DNA of 39,905 nucleotides from positions 36,866,174 to 36,906,078 of the forward strand of contig NC_069001.1 of the NCBI RefSeq assembly GCF_001194135.2. The letters are read 5' to 3'. Within the stretch, counting starts at the first letter, position 1; every line of letters begins with the position of its first letter. This DNA comes from Octopus bimaculoides. Taxonomy: Eukaryota. Below are positions 24,388 through 35,688 of this stretch, in pieces. The notes beneath the pieces were generated by a model. The model was given only the letters and a program-made list of their open reading frames with translations. It was not told the origin of the DNA and did no database searches. Both the position numbers and the translations under genes were made by a program.

Positions 24388-25713
24388 ATATGTTAGGATC
24401 TGGGCGCAACAAGCTGTTTTTATAGACACAGTGTGTGATTAAGAAAAGTGGTTCTTGGTTCACACCCACTGCATGGCATTTTGGACAAGTATCTTCTACT
24501 GTAAAGCTGGGCCAACTGAATCCTTGTGAACGCATTTGGTCGATGGAAAGTGAAAGAAACTGGTTGTATACTTGCATCATCATTACCATTTAATGTCTCC
24601 CACAAGAAACACCCCAACTAATTTGAGAGCATTAATGTGGTTGCTTAACCTGCTAGATATAGTAGTTTAATCACCCTCAAATCATCTCCAACTGTTTGGG
24701 GAAAAAAATAGATACATGTGATAGTATAGACCTTCATATATATAAAAAGACAGGATTGTCATGGTTGGATTATTCAGGGCTGACAAGGGGTTAAACAACA
24801 TGTCTTACGATCCTTTACAGAGGTCACATATTTATAACATTGCAAAAGGAACTCTTTAGTCCTGTCAAGGACATGACAACCTCTCTCATGCTGGTGTACA
24901 GTGGTTGATATTAGGAAAGGCATCAGGCTGTAGAAACACGCCAGAAATAGAACATACGAGTGGAAACAAAGGAGATCACCCGCCTGACAGTGATGCTTGT
25001 TTTTACAACTATTGTGTGATGTCAAGACACACACACACACACACGACTGGCTTCCTTCGGTTTCCGTCTACCACATCCACTCACAAGACTTTAGAAGACA
25101 TTCGCTCAAGATGCCACTGAGTGGAACTGAACCCGAAACCACAAGGTTGAGAAGAAAGCTTCTTAACGATAATTTCTATTCCAAAATCTTTGAAATTAAT
25201 AAATATTTTTGTTTACTTTTCAAAGTGTGTCGTCTTAACAAGAACAGTCTCTTTTCAACGATGCACGCGTAATAAGCTAACTCAACGAAGTGTGGAGAAA
25301 TAAAAACAGTAACTTTAATTAATAAACCTTATCTATCATAATAATTATAACGTGTATTTTGAAGATAATACTTATTCGCTTCGTTAATTCAGAAAAGAAC
25401 AGCTATTTTCGTATATTTTTCCATTTGGTTTCATTTTGAATAATGCCCTTTTCGTTTAACAATACCTTTTAAAATAAATCCCCTGTCGTATTTACGCTTG
25501 TGCTTATATTCCGTGTAATATGAAGGTGACATTATAAGTAAATTTCGGAGACATACTTACTAGGTAAGTGATTTGATCTGAGACCGTGTTGAAGCTAAAA
25601 CGATTACAGCATGCTAAACACTTGTTAGCCATTCATTAACCCACAAAGATAGTTAACTTCACTTAAACATTTATTATGCAGTGTTTCTATAAAGTTAAGT
25701 TGTTGCATGGATG

Positions 25714-25861
25714 TTATTTAGGCAACAATTAACGGTGTTCCTCAAGACTTAGGTAACCTAGCTGTAGCTATTTGAATTTCAGATGTGTATTTGTCAAGCA
25801 GGTGATTTGATATGAGGTTACTCAAATTCTGAGCAATGCTGTTTACTTGTTGCCTAAATAA
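25714..25861. repeat. Foldback / inverted repeat element
   Basis: Perfect 15-bp inverted repeat TTATTTAGGCAACAA (25714) / TTGTTGCCTAAATAA (25847), extending inward as a ~30-bp imperfect stem. Confidence 0.8.
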
Positions 25862-26089
25862 GATCACAATTATGTAACCGCTTCACTTCATTAAAACACC
25901 GCATGATAAATGTGTAACAGTTTTTGTGTATTTTTGAATGGCCAATATGTTTTCCACACTGCAATTACAAGCAAAATTATCCCTCTACCGATTGCGGGAT
26001 TGAAACAGCATCAGAAATGCAGCTTTCGAGACGTAGGGAGAGATAGGGAGGGATTTTAACAACAGAAGTATAAAAATAACATAGAATAC

Positions 26090-26240
26090 GTCCACTGTAC
26101 GGCACCTTGAGCAAGTGTCTTCAACTATAGCTTCGGGCAGACCAAAGCCTTGTGAGTGGATTTGGTAGACGGAAACTTAAATAAGCCTGTCATAGTTATG
26201 TGCGTGCGTGTGTGTGTGTGTGTGTCTGTGTGTGTGTGTC
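26090..26240 (+). mobile_element. 5'-truncated SINE family A fragment
   Basis: ggcaccttgagcaagtgtcttcaactatagcttcgggcagaccaaagccttgtgagtggatttggtagacggaaac followed by (GT)n. Further fragments at about 20040-20200(-), 24440-24580(+), 25020-25165(-), 31800-31990(+) and 32440-32590(-). Confidence 0.75.
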
Positions 26241-26394
26241 AAAACTGGGCACCGAACCGTTAATCAGCGAAGTTAACATTTTCGTTAACGACTTAACCTT
26301 TAAGTTAACTTTGGAAATCGTTATCGGACTAATTAACTTCCATTTAACAGAAGTTAACTCTGCTGCCAACAGATGCTGCAATGATCTTTTAGGC

Positions 26395-26690
26395 TCAAGG
26401 ACTTGAAGTCCAAGGGCCTCCGTCTACTTCAGTCCCTTGGTCGACGCACTTTTGGCAGGCATCGACAAAAGGTTTAGGATCCTCCTGCAGGATGAGGAAT
26501 GCCAGCTGGTTGCTGCCTTCCACTCCAGATTTCGCTTCATCTGGTCGGATAAAAGAATGACAACACCAAAGTCGCCAAGGTGAAGAAAAGCATGGTGAGT
26601 AAGGTCGAGGAGGCATGGGGCAGCAGCAACGAAGAGGGAGAGAATGACCTCACAGTGGTGTCACCCAGCCTCAGTTTGGCTGCGAGCAAA
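26395..26690 (+). mobile_element. hAT-superfamily transposase fragment
   Basis: 26434-26583 reads PLVDALLAGIDKRFRILLQDEECQLVAAFHSRFRFIWSDK, resembling the hAT C-terminal helical AxxLxPRFK-type region. Adjacent frames give LKDLKSKGLR and KVAKVKKSMVSKVEE, consistent with frameshifts. Confidence 0.6.
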
Positions 26691-27289
26691 AGATAAAAAG
26701 GACAAATGGTTAAAACAAACTTAAAACATTAAAAAAAAACTGCAGTTACGGGTAGGCGTTTACGAACTTTTTTAATGACTGTTTTGCCGACAAATTACNN
26801 NNNNNNNNNNNNNNNNNNNNNNNNNNNNNNNNNNNNNNNNNNNNNNNNNNNNNNNNNNNNNNNNNNNNNNNNNNNNNNNNNNNNNNNNNNNNNNNNNNNN
26901 NNNNNNNNNNNNNNNNNNNNNNNNNNNNNNNNNNNNNNNNNNNNNNNNNNNNNNNNNNNNNNNNNNNNNNNNNNNNNNNNNNNNNNNNNNNNNNNNNNNN
27001 NNNNNNNNNNNNNNNNNNNNNNNNNNNNNNNNNNNNNNNNNNNNNNNNNNNNNNNNNNATGTCTGCCGGTAAAGGGTGAATGTAAAAGGTTCTGGGTTTA
27101 ATGGTTCCAAACTTGCGATTTAGAACACTTGCCACTTCTGGAATGTCAGTAACATGATTACAATAAATAACTAAAACTCAAGTGGGTTGGTTGCAATATG
27201 TTGTGTCAGATGATAGACATATACAGAGTACAGCTCTAAAGTAAATTAACAGGTCGAACAAAGCAACGAGGGACGTAGGAAAGCTTCTA

Positions 27290-27540
27290 TGAAATGGCAG
27301 CCTAATTAATCTCCTTCAAATAATACACAACTCTATCGTCTTAACAAACTAACCAGAAATAGCAGTCAAATCTCTTTCAAAACCCACACACCCTTTCGTC
27401 TTAAGAAAGAAAAGACACGTTCATGTGATGTCAGGTAATTCTAGATTCACTAGGTATGAATAATAAATGGGACGGTCACAACTTGGAACATCTTTTGATC
27501 GCGACTGATCTGCGGGTTAAACAACATCAAAGCTCTAATT
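27290..27540 (+). repeat. Interspersed repeat family D (GAAATAGCAGCCAAATCTCCCTC ... GGGATGGTC ... TTAAACAAC)
   Basis: Related segments at about 985-1050, 1630-1670(-), 18420-18660(-), 20885-21080, 24640-24700, 27900-28060 and 29270-29320(-). Class is undetermined. Confidence 0.55.
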
Positions 27541-28785
27541 AACTTATCAGAAAATATGTTCTCGGATGCTAATCAATAGACTATGAATTACTCATCAAGG
27601 GTGTAGTTGGTTTATATTTTAGTGTTAGTCAACTAGGGTGGGGTGTTAACAACTGTAAACGCCTTTCTTTCGTTGGGGTACGACAGAAATATTTAGGCGT
27701 ATCTGCGTGGGTGGAGAACTTTTATATATAATTATAAAACTCCAAAGAGCCTCTACTTAGAACCCCCTTTTAAACAACATTACAGAGTTCCCGGGTAAAA
27801 ACAATGCACTTGGGCCCTTGCATACCCAAACATAGATTAGCATAGGACCCGTGGGGCACTACCGAGTCTGCCTATGTCTAAAGACAGCATTGCCTCTATG
27901 TGGTCGGTCGGTCGTTCGAACTGTTAAAAATAGCAGCTAAATTCCCTCGAATCACATTCTACTGTCATGCAGCTAAAGATAGCTTTAAAAAAATTTAAGG
28001 TGGGATGATCAAAGTTGAATTCGATAAGAGCTGGTCTGAGGTTAAACAACAACCGAAAAAAATTAATGGAAACTTATTCCGTACACTCTGAATTAAAAGT
28101 TAGAGAGGAGTTTGGGAATAAACATTCTAGCTCAAATAAATTCTTTTATTCAAAACGAAAAAAAGATCACAATTCCGAAAATTAAAAGTANNNNNNNNNN
28201 NNNNNNNNNNNNNNNNNNNNNNNNNNNNNNNNNNNNNNNNNNNNNNNNNNNNNNNNNNNNNNNNNNNNNNNNNNNNNNNNNNNNNNNNNNNNNNNNNNNN
28301 NNNNNNNNNNNNNNNNNNNNNNNNNNNNNNNNNNNNNNNNNNNNNNNNNNNNNNNNNNNNNNNNNNNNNNNNNNNNNNNNNNNNNNNNNNNNNNNNNNNN
28401 NNNNNNNNNNNNNNNNNNNNNNNNNNNNNNNNNNNNNNNNNNNNNNNNNNNNNNNNNNNNNNNNNNNNNNNNNNNNNNNNNNNNNNNNNNNNNNNNNNNN
28501 NNNNNNNNNNNNNNNNNNNNNNNNNNNNNNNNNNNNNNNNNNNNNNNNNNNNNNNNNNNNNNNNNNNNNNNNNNNNNNNNNNNNNNNNNNNNNNNNNNNN
28601 NNNNNNNNNNNNNNNNNNNNNNNNNNNNNNNNNNNNNNNNNNNNNNNNNNNNNNNNNNNNNNNNNNNNNNNNNNNNNNNNNNNNNNNNNNNNNNNNNNNN
28701 NNNNNNNNNNNNNNNNNNNNNNNNNNNNNNNNNNNNNNNNNNNNNNNNNNNNNNNNNNNNNNNNNNNNNNNNNNNNNNNNNNNNN

Positions 28786-29093
28786 AGGACTTATTCTTTG
28801 TAAGCCTAGTACTTATTCTATCGATCTCTTTTTGGCCGAACCGCTAAGTTACGGGGACATAAACACACCACCATCGGTTGTCAAGCAATGTTGGGGGGAC
28901 AAACACACACACACACACATATATATATACATATATATACGACGGGCCTCTTTCAGGTTCCGTCTACCAAATCCACTCACAAGGCTTTGGTCGGCCCGAG
29001 GCTATAGCAGAAGACACTTGCCCAAGGTGCCACGCAGTGGGAATGAACCCGGAACCATGTGGTTGGTAAGCAAGCTACTTACCACACAGCCAC
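28786..29093 (-). mobile_element. SINE family A copy, truncated by assembly gap
   Basis: Reverse complement of the 17163 element from the head to AGAATAAGTCCT. Confidence 0.88.
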
Positions 29094-30247
29094 AGATTAC
29101 TGTAAAGTGTCCCATCAAAATACAGAATAAACAACTGTTTAATGGTTCTTTACAGGCTTTGTGATCAGACCTGTTCCGACCGTGACAATCAAGCCTTACA
29201 TTCTATCAATATATCTGGTTACAATACTCAATGTACTCTTACTTAAAGATAGAAACTTTTTTTTAAAAAGTAGCAGTGGTCAAATTTGAGGGAAATTTGG
29301 CTGCTATAACTAGTGAATGGAGCAATAACAGCATTACTTTGAAGTTATTTAATGGATGGTAGGTTTTCGATGACGTTTTGGGTGTGAAATGGACAGATGA
29401 AAACGGACGTGTGAAAAATAAGTACGGCATTACATCAGGTGTGTGTGTATATATATATGTGTGTGTGTGTGTGTGTATACAAATCGCAAACAACTCAACA
29501 CAAGTTGTTTGGTCAGTAAAAACTCACTGTAGGAATTGACAAGTTAAATACCTCACAAAGACCAGTGGTTTCATCGGGTAAAAAGGGACACGCATAAACA
29601 TAGATGTATACATANNNNNNNNNNNNNNNNNNNNNNNNNNNNNNNNNNNNNNNNNNNNNNNNNNNNNNNNNNNNNNNNNNNNNNNNNNNNNNNNNNNNNN
29701 NNNNNNNNNNNNNNNNNNNNNNNNNNNNNNNNNNNNNNNNNNNNNNNNNNNNNNNNNNNNNNNNNNNNNNNNNNNNNNNNNNNNNNNNNNNNNNNNNNNN
29801 NNNNNNNNNNNNNNNNNNNNNNNNNNNNNNNNNNNNNNNNNNNNNNNNNNNNNNNNNNNNNNNNNNNNNNNNNNNNNNNNNNNNNNNNNNNNNNNNNNNN
29901 NNNNNNNNNNNNNNNNNNNNNNNNNNNNNNNNNNNNNNNNNNNNNNNNNNNNNNNNNNNNNNNNNNNNNNNNNNNNNNNNNNNNNNNNNNNNNNNNNNNN
30001 NNNNNNNNNNNNNNNNNNNNNNNNNNNNNNNNNNNNNNNNNNNNNNNNNNNNNNNNNNNNNNNNNNNNNNNNNNNNNNNNNNNNNNNNNNNNNNNNNNNN
30101 NNNNNNNNNNNNNNNNNNNNNNNNNNNNNNNNNNNNNNNNNNNNNNNNNNNNNNNNNNNNNNNNNNNNNNNNNNNNNNNNNNNNNNNNNNNNNNNNNNNN
30201 NNNNNNNNNNNNNNNNNNNNNNNNNNNNNNNNNNNNNNNNNNNNNNN

Positions 30248-30292
<45 letters not shown>

Positions 30293-30509
30293 CTTCACCA
30301 AACAATATGTTACAGGTTATGACATATATAACTAGTCAGGATATTAACATCGGTTTTGCGTTGAATATTGTCACCAGACATCGTGTGGGTGTATAATGTA
30401 TAGGGTTTAATAAAAAATAATATCAGGAACACACAGTTTAAAACGAATGTTAAGAAAAATAAAAATGTTTAAGAATAGATGAAAGACCAAAAAATTAGGT
30501 AATGTATTG

Positions 30510-30542
<33 letters not shown>

Positions 30543-30574
30543 TATATATCATATACACAGGAATATATACATAC

Positions 30575-30843
30575 TTTTGTGTTTGGATAAGTCCGAACCT
30601 GGCCAACAATAGATCGCAGTACATCTCTAAAAGTTCCATAGCTTCGACCAAATAATCTTCGCGAATGATGTGTTCAACACGGATCCGAGCCCTGTCTTCT
30701 TTACCATTACAAATATAGTCCGCAATTTCACGACGGGCTTTTTGAGCAAGTTCAGCTTTCTTCTTTTCCAGTAATTTGAGTCGATTGACCGTCAGACGAA
30801 GGTTTGTGCTCAACTTGGTATAGTTAGGACCTGTCCTAAACAT
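30575..30843 (-). CDS. IST1: IST1 homolog, coding exon 1 (start codon, N-terminal ESCRT-III-like core)
   Basis: Translates MFRTGPNYTKLSTNLRLTVNRLKLLEKKKAELAQKARREIADYICNGKEDRARIRVEHIIREDYLVEAMELLEMYCDLLLARFGLIQTQ(K), closely matching the IST1 N-terminus as I recall it. Ends at a GTATGT donor (30574 downward), 269 nt, phase 2. Confidence 0.95.
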
Positions 30844-33571
30844 TTTGTCTGTTTTTTTATATATATACTTATATTTGGTATTTTTTTTCAATCAAGTGAA
30901 GCACGAAAGACGATTAGTTTTGTTACGGATATATTTCTACCCTTTCACTCTCCCTAAAGATGATCCACAATAAAAATTGACAACCCACAAGGCCACAAAT
31001 CCAAGGCCGATCCTTCCGTCTAGGTTAGCAACCACCCGACTTCATACATTCACTGTTGTTGTGGTGGTGGTGATCGTGAAATGAATAACTAGGATCACTT
31101 CCGAAATATTATTTACATTTGAAAAACAAAAAACAAAATAAATTAATATATATTTAATCATTTTTTTTACAATATTTAATAAAATTTTTATATCTATTTC
31201 TCAAAGAAAAACAAAAAAGATTTAAATCTCATCACCCCTCCCCCCACTTCTTCGTCATTACAGGGATGTAATTTCTGCGGAATATAACCGGACGTTGATA
31301 TGATTTTAGTGTATGTATGTCGTTTTTACATTCTTTTTTTTCTCGCTTGAAACCGTTTCCTTTNNNNNNNNNNNNNNNNNNNNNNNNNNNNNNNNNNNNN
31401 NNNNNNNNNNNNNNNNNNNNNNNNNNNNNNNNNNNNNNNNNNNNNNNNNNNNNNNNNNNNNNNNNNNNNNNNNNNNNNNNNNNNNNNNNNNNNNNNNNNN
31501 NNNNNNNNNNNNNNNNNNNNNNNNNNNNNNNNNNNNNNNNNNNNNNNNNNNNNNNNNNNNNNNNNNNNNNNNNNNNNNNNNNNNNNNNNNNNNNNNNNNN
31601 NNNNNNNNNNNNNNNNNNNNNNNNNNNNNNNNNNNNNNNNNNNNNNNNNNNNNNNNNNNNNNNNNNNNNNNNNNNNNNNNNNNNNNNNNNNNNNNNNNNN
31701 NNNNNNNNNNNNNNNNNNNNNNNNNNNNNNNNNNNNNNNNNNNNNNNNNNNNNNNNNNNNNNNNNNNNNNNNNNNNNNNNNNNNNNNNNNNNNNAAACAT
31801 ACTTTCGGGTTTAGTCCAGCCTTCTCTTATAACCCTAGGCCAACCAAAACCCTGCGAGTAAATTTGGTGGATGGAAACTGAAAGACAGCCAATCGTATAT
31901 ATGATCTGTGTTGGTCTCCACCACCGCTTGATAACGGGTGCTGGTTTGTTTATGCCCATGTAACTTAGCAGTTTGACTAAAGTGATTTGGTCAATATACA
32001 GGTTAAGCCCCGGTTGCGAAAACAAAAAAAAAACAGCCTAAGTGTAAAAAAAATTAGAAAACAAAAATTTGCGCACACGAACAGTGGGATGAGGACTTTC
32101 GGAAAATTCACAAGATCCCATTTTTCCCTCCTAACTTTCAGGAAAATGGATATATATTAATGAAATGTTATTTTCCTGAAAGTTATGAGAGGGAAAATGG
32201 GTCGTTTGAATTTTCCGAAACTCCTCTCCCCAACCCCACGGAAAAACTTTTTTCCAACAAATCTTTGCATTCACTCAATCTACGGAATCTAAGCCATTAT
32301 TTGTTGAAAGTTTCGTTAAAAAGTATCCATCTCTCTGGAAGTTATGAGGCAACAAAGACGGCGGGGTATACATTTGTAGTTATGACACTTGCAAAGTAAG
32401 TACTGGAGACGATTTGTTCAACAAACCCCTTTAAGGAGGTCTATCTTCGCAAGTGCTATGGTTGAAGAAACCTGCCGAAGGTGCAACGCAGTGAGACTGA
32501 ACCCAGTACCATGCGATTAGGAAGCAACCTTCTTGAAACGCAACCATGCCTACACTTAAACAACACAAACACCATGAGTGATTTTCTTTACAATTAGCCT
32601 GTGGTGTCAAGACAAAGTGTCGCGAACACATACGCGCACTCATATACGTTCCTGGCTTTAAATTCTTTTTACAGGGCTTAAAAAACTGAAGGACCGCTGC
32701 AATAAGTGTGTGAATCTGAGAGGGGGACTATTTTGAATAAAATCGTAATTAACTGACCCTCTTGTATTTTCTTTTATCCAAAGCCAGGGACTTTTCAGTA
32801 ACCTCTCTAACACAAACGCACACATGAATGTGTATGTGTATGTACAACGGGCTTCTTTCTAATTTCCATTTACCAAATTCACTCCCAAGGTTTGGTCCGG
32901 TCGGAAGTGGGAGTAGATGATACAACCTTGAGGTTTATTAAACGATTAATTTCATATCCTTGGGGACTCACGTTCTACAATTTTTAAAATTATTTTTATA
33001 ATTTTCTGACAATTAAGGGGAGATAATGGCGAATTATATAGCAGAGTAAGGCAAAGTTTGTAATTTAGAATAAGTGCTAACACACACACACAGTAGTTAG
33101 GACAGCTCTGAATTGTCAGTGTTTTATTCATGCCTGTCGCAGAATTGCTACACTGGCCTTGTGTCTAAATTAGAAACAATTTATAAAGAGCAGAGAAGGG
33201 GAGAAAAAAATTCACTAGTATTGGTTGATTTTTTTTTTTGCTTTCTTTTTTTTTTTTATATCTTCATCATCATCATAGTCATCACTATCGTTTAACATCC
33301 ATTTTCCATGCTGGCATGAGCTGCACAGTTTGACAGCAGTTGGCAAGCCAGAGAGCTGCACTGGTCTTCAGTTGTCCGTTGTGGCATGGTTTCCACGGCT
33401 GGATGCCCTTCCTAATGCCAGGCACTTTAGGGAAAGTACCGCATACTTTCTACATAGAACCAGTGATACAAATGTATATTAACTCTTTAAATAATTTTAA
33501 TTTGTCATTTTCCATTAGATCTTTGTTGAAGCTTATTTATTCTGCTTCGGTGCTTCCAGTTTTCTAATCTG
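30844..33571. promoter_or_regulatory. Divergent intergenic region of IST1/UFSP1, presumed to hold both promoters
   Basis: The two start codons point away from each other ~2.7 kb apart. TSS positions cannot be determined, and a gap occupies 31344-31795. Confidence 0.5.
33290..33450 (-). mobile_element. RTE-type 3' tail / SINE tail fragment
   Basis: (CAT)n, then tttaacatccattttccatgctggcatg...ggctggatgcccttcctaatgcc. Related pieces lie at 34575-34640 and 24890-24950. Confidence 0.5.
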
Positions 33572-33682
33572 ATGTTACTGACAAATGTTCACTGCCACCT
33601 CGACAGACCTGAACAGAATGTTGTCCTCGTGAAGGGAGATTATCAGTATTATCATTATGGCTGCGATGGTGTTAATGACACG
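33572..33682 (+). CDS. UFSP1: UFM1-specific protease 1, coding exon 1
   Basis: MLLTNVHCHLDRPEQNVVLVKGDYQYYHYGCDGVNDT carries the UFSP1 YYHYGCDG motif. GTAAGT donor at 33683, phase 0. A CAG acceptor ending at 33559 suggests an upstream exon, so the true start could be further 5'. Confidence 0.88.
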
Positions 33683-33865
33683 GTAAGTACGGAACAAATA
33701 ATTCACGTGAAAAAATCATTTGCGCAGATATCATTGACTCTAGATAATAACAGAATCAATGATATCTTTGCGAATCATTGGTTCCATATCAAAACTATTT
33801 CCACACTGGCGACTGCCATGGTTTGGTGCAAAATGAATCAGTTGCAGCACAGACTTCAACATGAC

Positions 33866-33930
33866 GGGTTGGGTTAGGGTTAGGGTTAGGGTTAGGGTTA
33901 GGGTTAGGGTTAGGGTTAGGGTTAGGATTA
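33866..33930 (+). repeat. Interstitial telomeric repeat (GGGTTA)9 plus variant units
   Basis: Nine perfect GGGTTA units at 33871-33924, flanked by GGGTT and GGATTA variants, in UFSP1 intron 1. Confidence 0.95.
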
Positions 33931-34010
33931 CGGTAATGCGTGCTGAGGAAGGTGAGGCTATTATGCCAATCCAGAAACCAGTCCATGTGAATGTATGCTG
34001 AGAGATTGTC

Positions 34011-34231
34011 TTAACCCATTTGCCTTTGGACGGTTGATTTCTGTAGTTATTATCAGACTTTCTGTTTTTAAGTGATTTAAATTAAAAACTTCCATCAAAA
34101 TTCCATGTTAATTTATGATTCATAAACCAACTTAATAATGATAATTATTTTACTAAATTCATCATAATTTTCAAAATTAATTAAAACAAATGCAGTGTAT
34201 TTCAAAAAGATTACAGTAACAAAGAAGTTAA
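34011..34231 (+). mobile_element. Diverged copy of the TTAA MITE family (UFSP1 intron 1)
   Basis: TTAACCC...AAGTTAA, with the same internal motifs (aacttccatcaaaattccatg, attttactaaattc). Confidence 0.6.
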
Positions 34232-34322
34232 ATGATGGAAAATGTGTTTGTATATTGGAACTAATTTCATCTTCCCCAAAAATTCAGGTTACATTCCTTT
34301 GTATAAAATATTTCTATTTCAG

Positions 34323-34520
34323 GGATGGGGATGTGGCTATCGGACACTCCAGTCTCTATGTTCTTGGATTACTCACCAGAAATCGAGTCGAGCCGTTCCA
34401 AGCATCAAAGAAATCCAAGAAGCATTAGTAGAGATGGGAGATAAACCTGCGAGTTTTCTTGGATCAAAGCAGTGGATTGGAAGTTTAGAAGTTGCCATGT
34501 GTTTAGATTACTTTTATGAT
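34323..34520 (+). CDS. UFSP1: UFSP1 coding exon 2 (catalytic Cys box)
   Basis: AG acceptor at 34321-2. Encodes [76 protein letters not shown] is UFSP1-type (UFSP2 has GWGCAYRSLQ). GTAAGT donor at 34521. Confidence 0.95.
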
Positions 34521-35014
34521 GTAAGTCTGCAAATAAAGTAATTATTTTAAATATATACTTCATCATCATCATCATCATCCTCCTCTAACATCTGTCGTCC
34601 ATGTTGGCATGGGTTGGTTGTTTGACCAGAGCTGTGAAGTTTTAGCTTTGCCACCTTGTAGTGCTGTGTTTGATCTAAATTCATGGAAACTTGAGCAAAA
34701 GGTGGGATCTCTTTGAGATGTGAGATGCAGAGGGTTTGTAGACCAGTCCCTCTGCAGAACTTACAACTTGATGAGGTGTTACAGGCGCCATTAGATGGAA
34801 AACCATTAAGGTGGCTATAGAGACAGTAAAGGGTACCTCAAGGTGGTTGTGGATAAGGAGGTTCAAACCCTGAAAGGGGCAATGCTACAAGGGTAGCACA
34901 AGCTGGGGCTTGATCACGGTTGGGTGGGTCACCTGAATGAGGATGTCTGATGTTGAAAGACTCGAAATACTTACAACACAGCCATTCTACAAATAGAATT
35001 GTTTTACTTTTCAG

Positions 35015-35117
35015 GTTCCTGGGAAAATCCTACATGTCACAGATGGTTATTCTTTGTCAAATCATCTTGAGGAACTAGATCGGCATTTTCAAAACTTTGG
35101 GTCACCAATAATGATGG
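35015..35117 (+). CDS. UFSP1: UFSP1 coding exon 3
   Basis: TTTTCAG acceptor. Encodes VPGKILHVTDGYSLSNHLEELDRHFQNFGSPIMM(G). GTGAGT donor at 35118, phase 1. Confidence 0.9.
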
Positions 35118-35183
35118 GTGAGTCACTGTATTCTTCTATGTAATCTACATTTGCTACAATATTTCGGTTTATGCATCACCTGG

Positions 35184-35622
35184 GTGACCACGCCCAGGCA
35201 GGACCACTTCATCCACCTGCAACACTTCCGTGATCGCTTCAGACCGGCCGGAGTGACAGCTTGCAAGACCATTGGCACTGGACAGTGATGACATGGCATG
35301 ACGTCAACTGGCCACCAACAACCGGTGTTGCCGTCGTCTTGCTTGAGGGCCTGTCCTCACCACCTGCCACTATCAGGCATGTCTACAGTGGGCTACACAG
35401 CACTGACATTGGCAGCATCGACAATGGAGGTCAATAGTTTTTTCTGACAAGAGCTGGTACTGCATTTCCACTTCAGATGGCAGAGTGAAGGTGTGGCGTA
35501 GGAGGGGTGAATGCTACAGTGATGCATGTGTTATGGAGAAAGACACGTGGGGTGGCCAAAGCATCTTGGTTTGGGATGCTATAGGCCTGAATCAGAGAAC
35601 TGGGCCCCATGTGTTCCAACGT
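35184..35622 (+). mobile_element. Tc1-family transposase fossil in UFSP1 intron 3
   Basis: VTTPRQDHFIHLQHFRDRFRPA..., then CLQWATQH*HWQHRQWRSIVFSDKSWYCISTSDGRVKVWRRRGECYSDACVMEKDTWGGQSILVWDAIG. This covers the first catalytic Asp (FSDE-type) and GGxSxxVW motifs, with stops and frameshifts. Confidence 0.9.
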
Positions 35623-35688
35623 GAACATGTGATCCCCCCCCCAAAAAAAAATCAGTTTCTAATTGTTCTCTTTCTATTATTTATTCAG

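Noticed and set aside
30844-30891. N-terminal extension MKKNTKYKYIYKKTDK of IST1 in the ORF track
   Set aside because: It starts at a non-ATG codon in low-complexity AT-rich sequence. Homology to IST1 begins at the ATG at 30843.
33866-33930. True chromosome end
   Set aside because: The tract is short, internal to a gene intron, and flanked by ordinary sequence on both sides.
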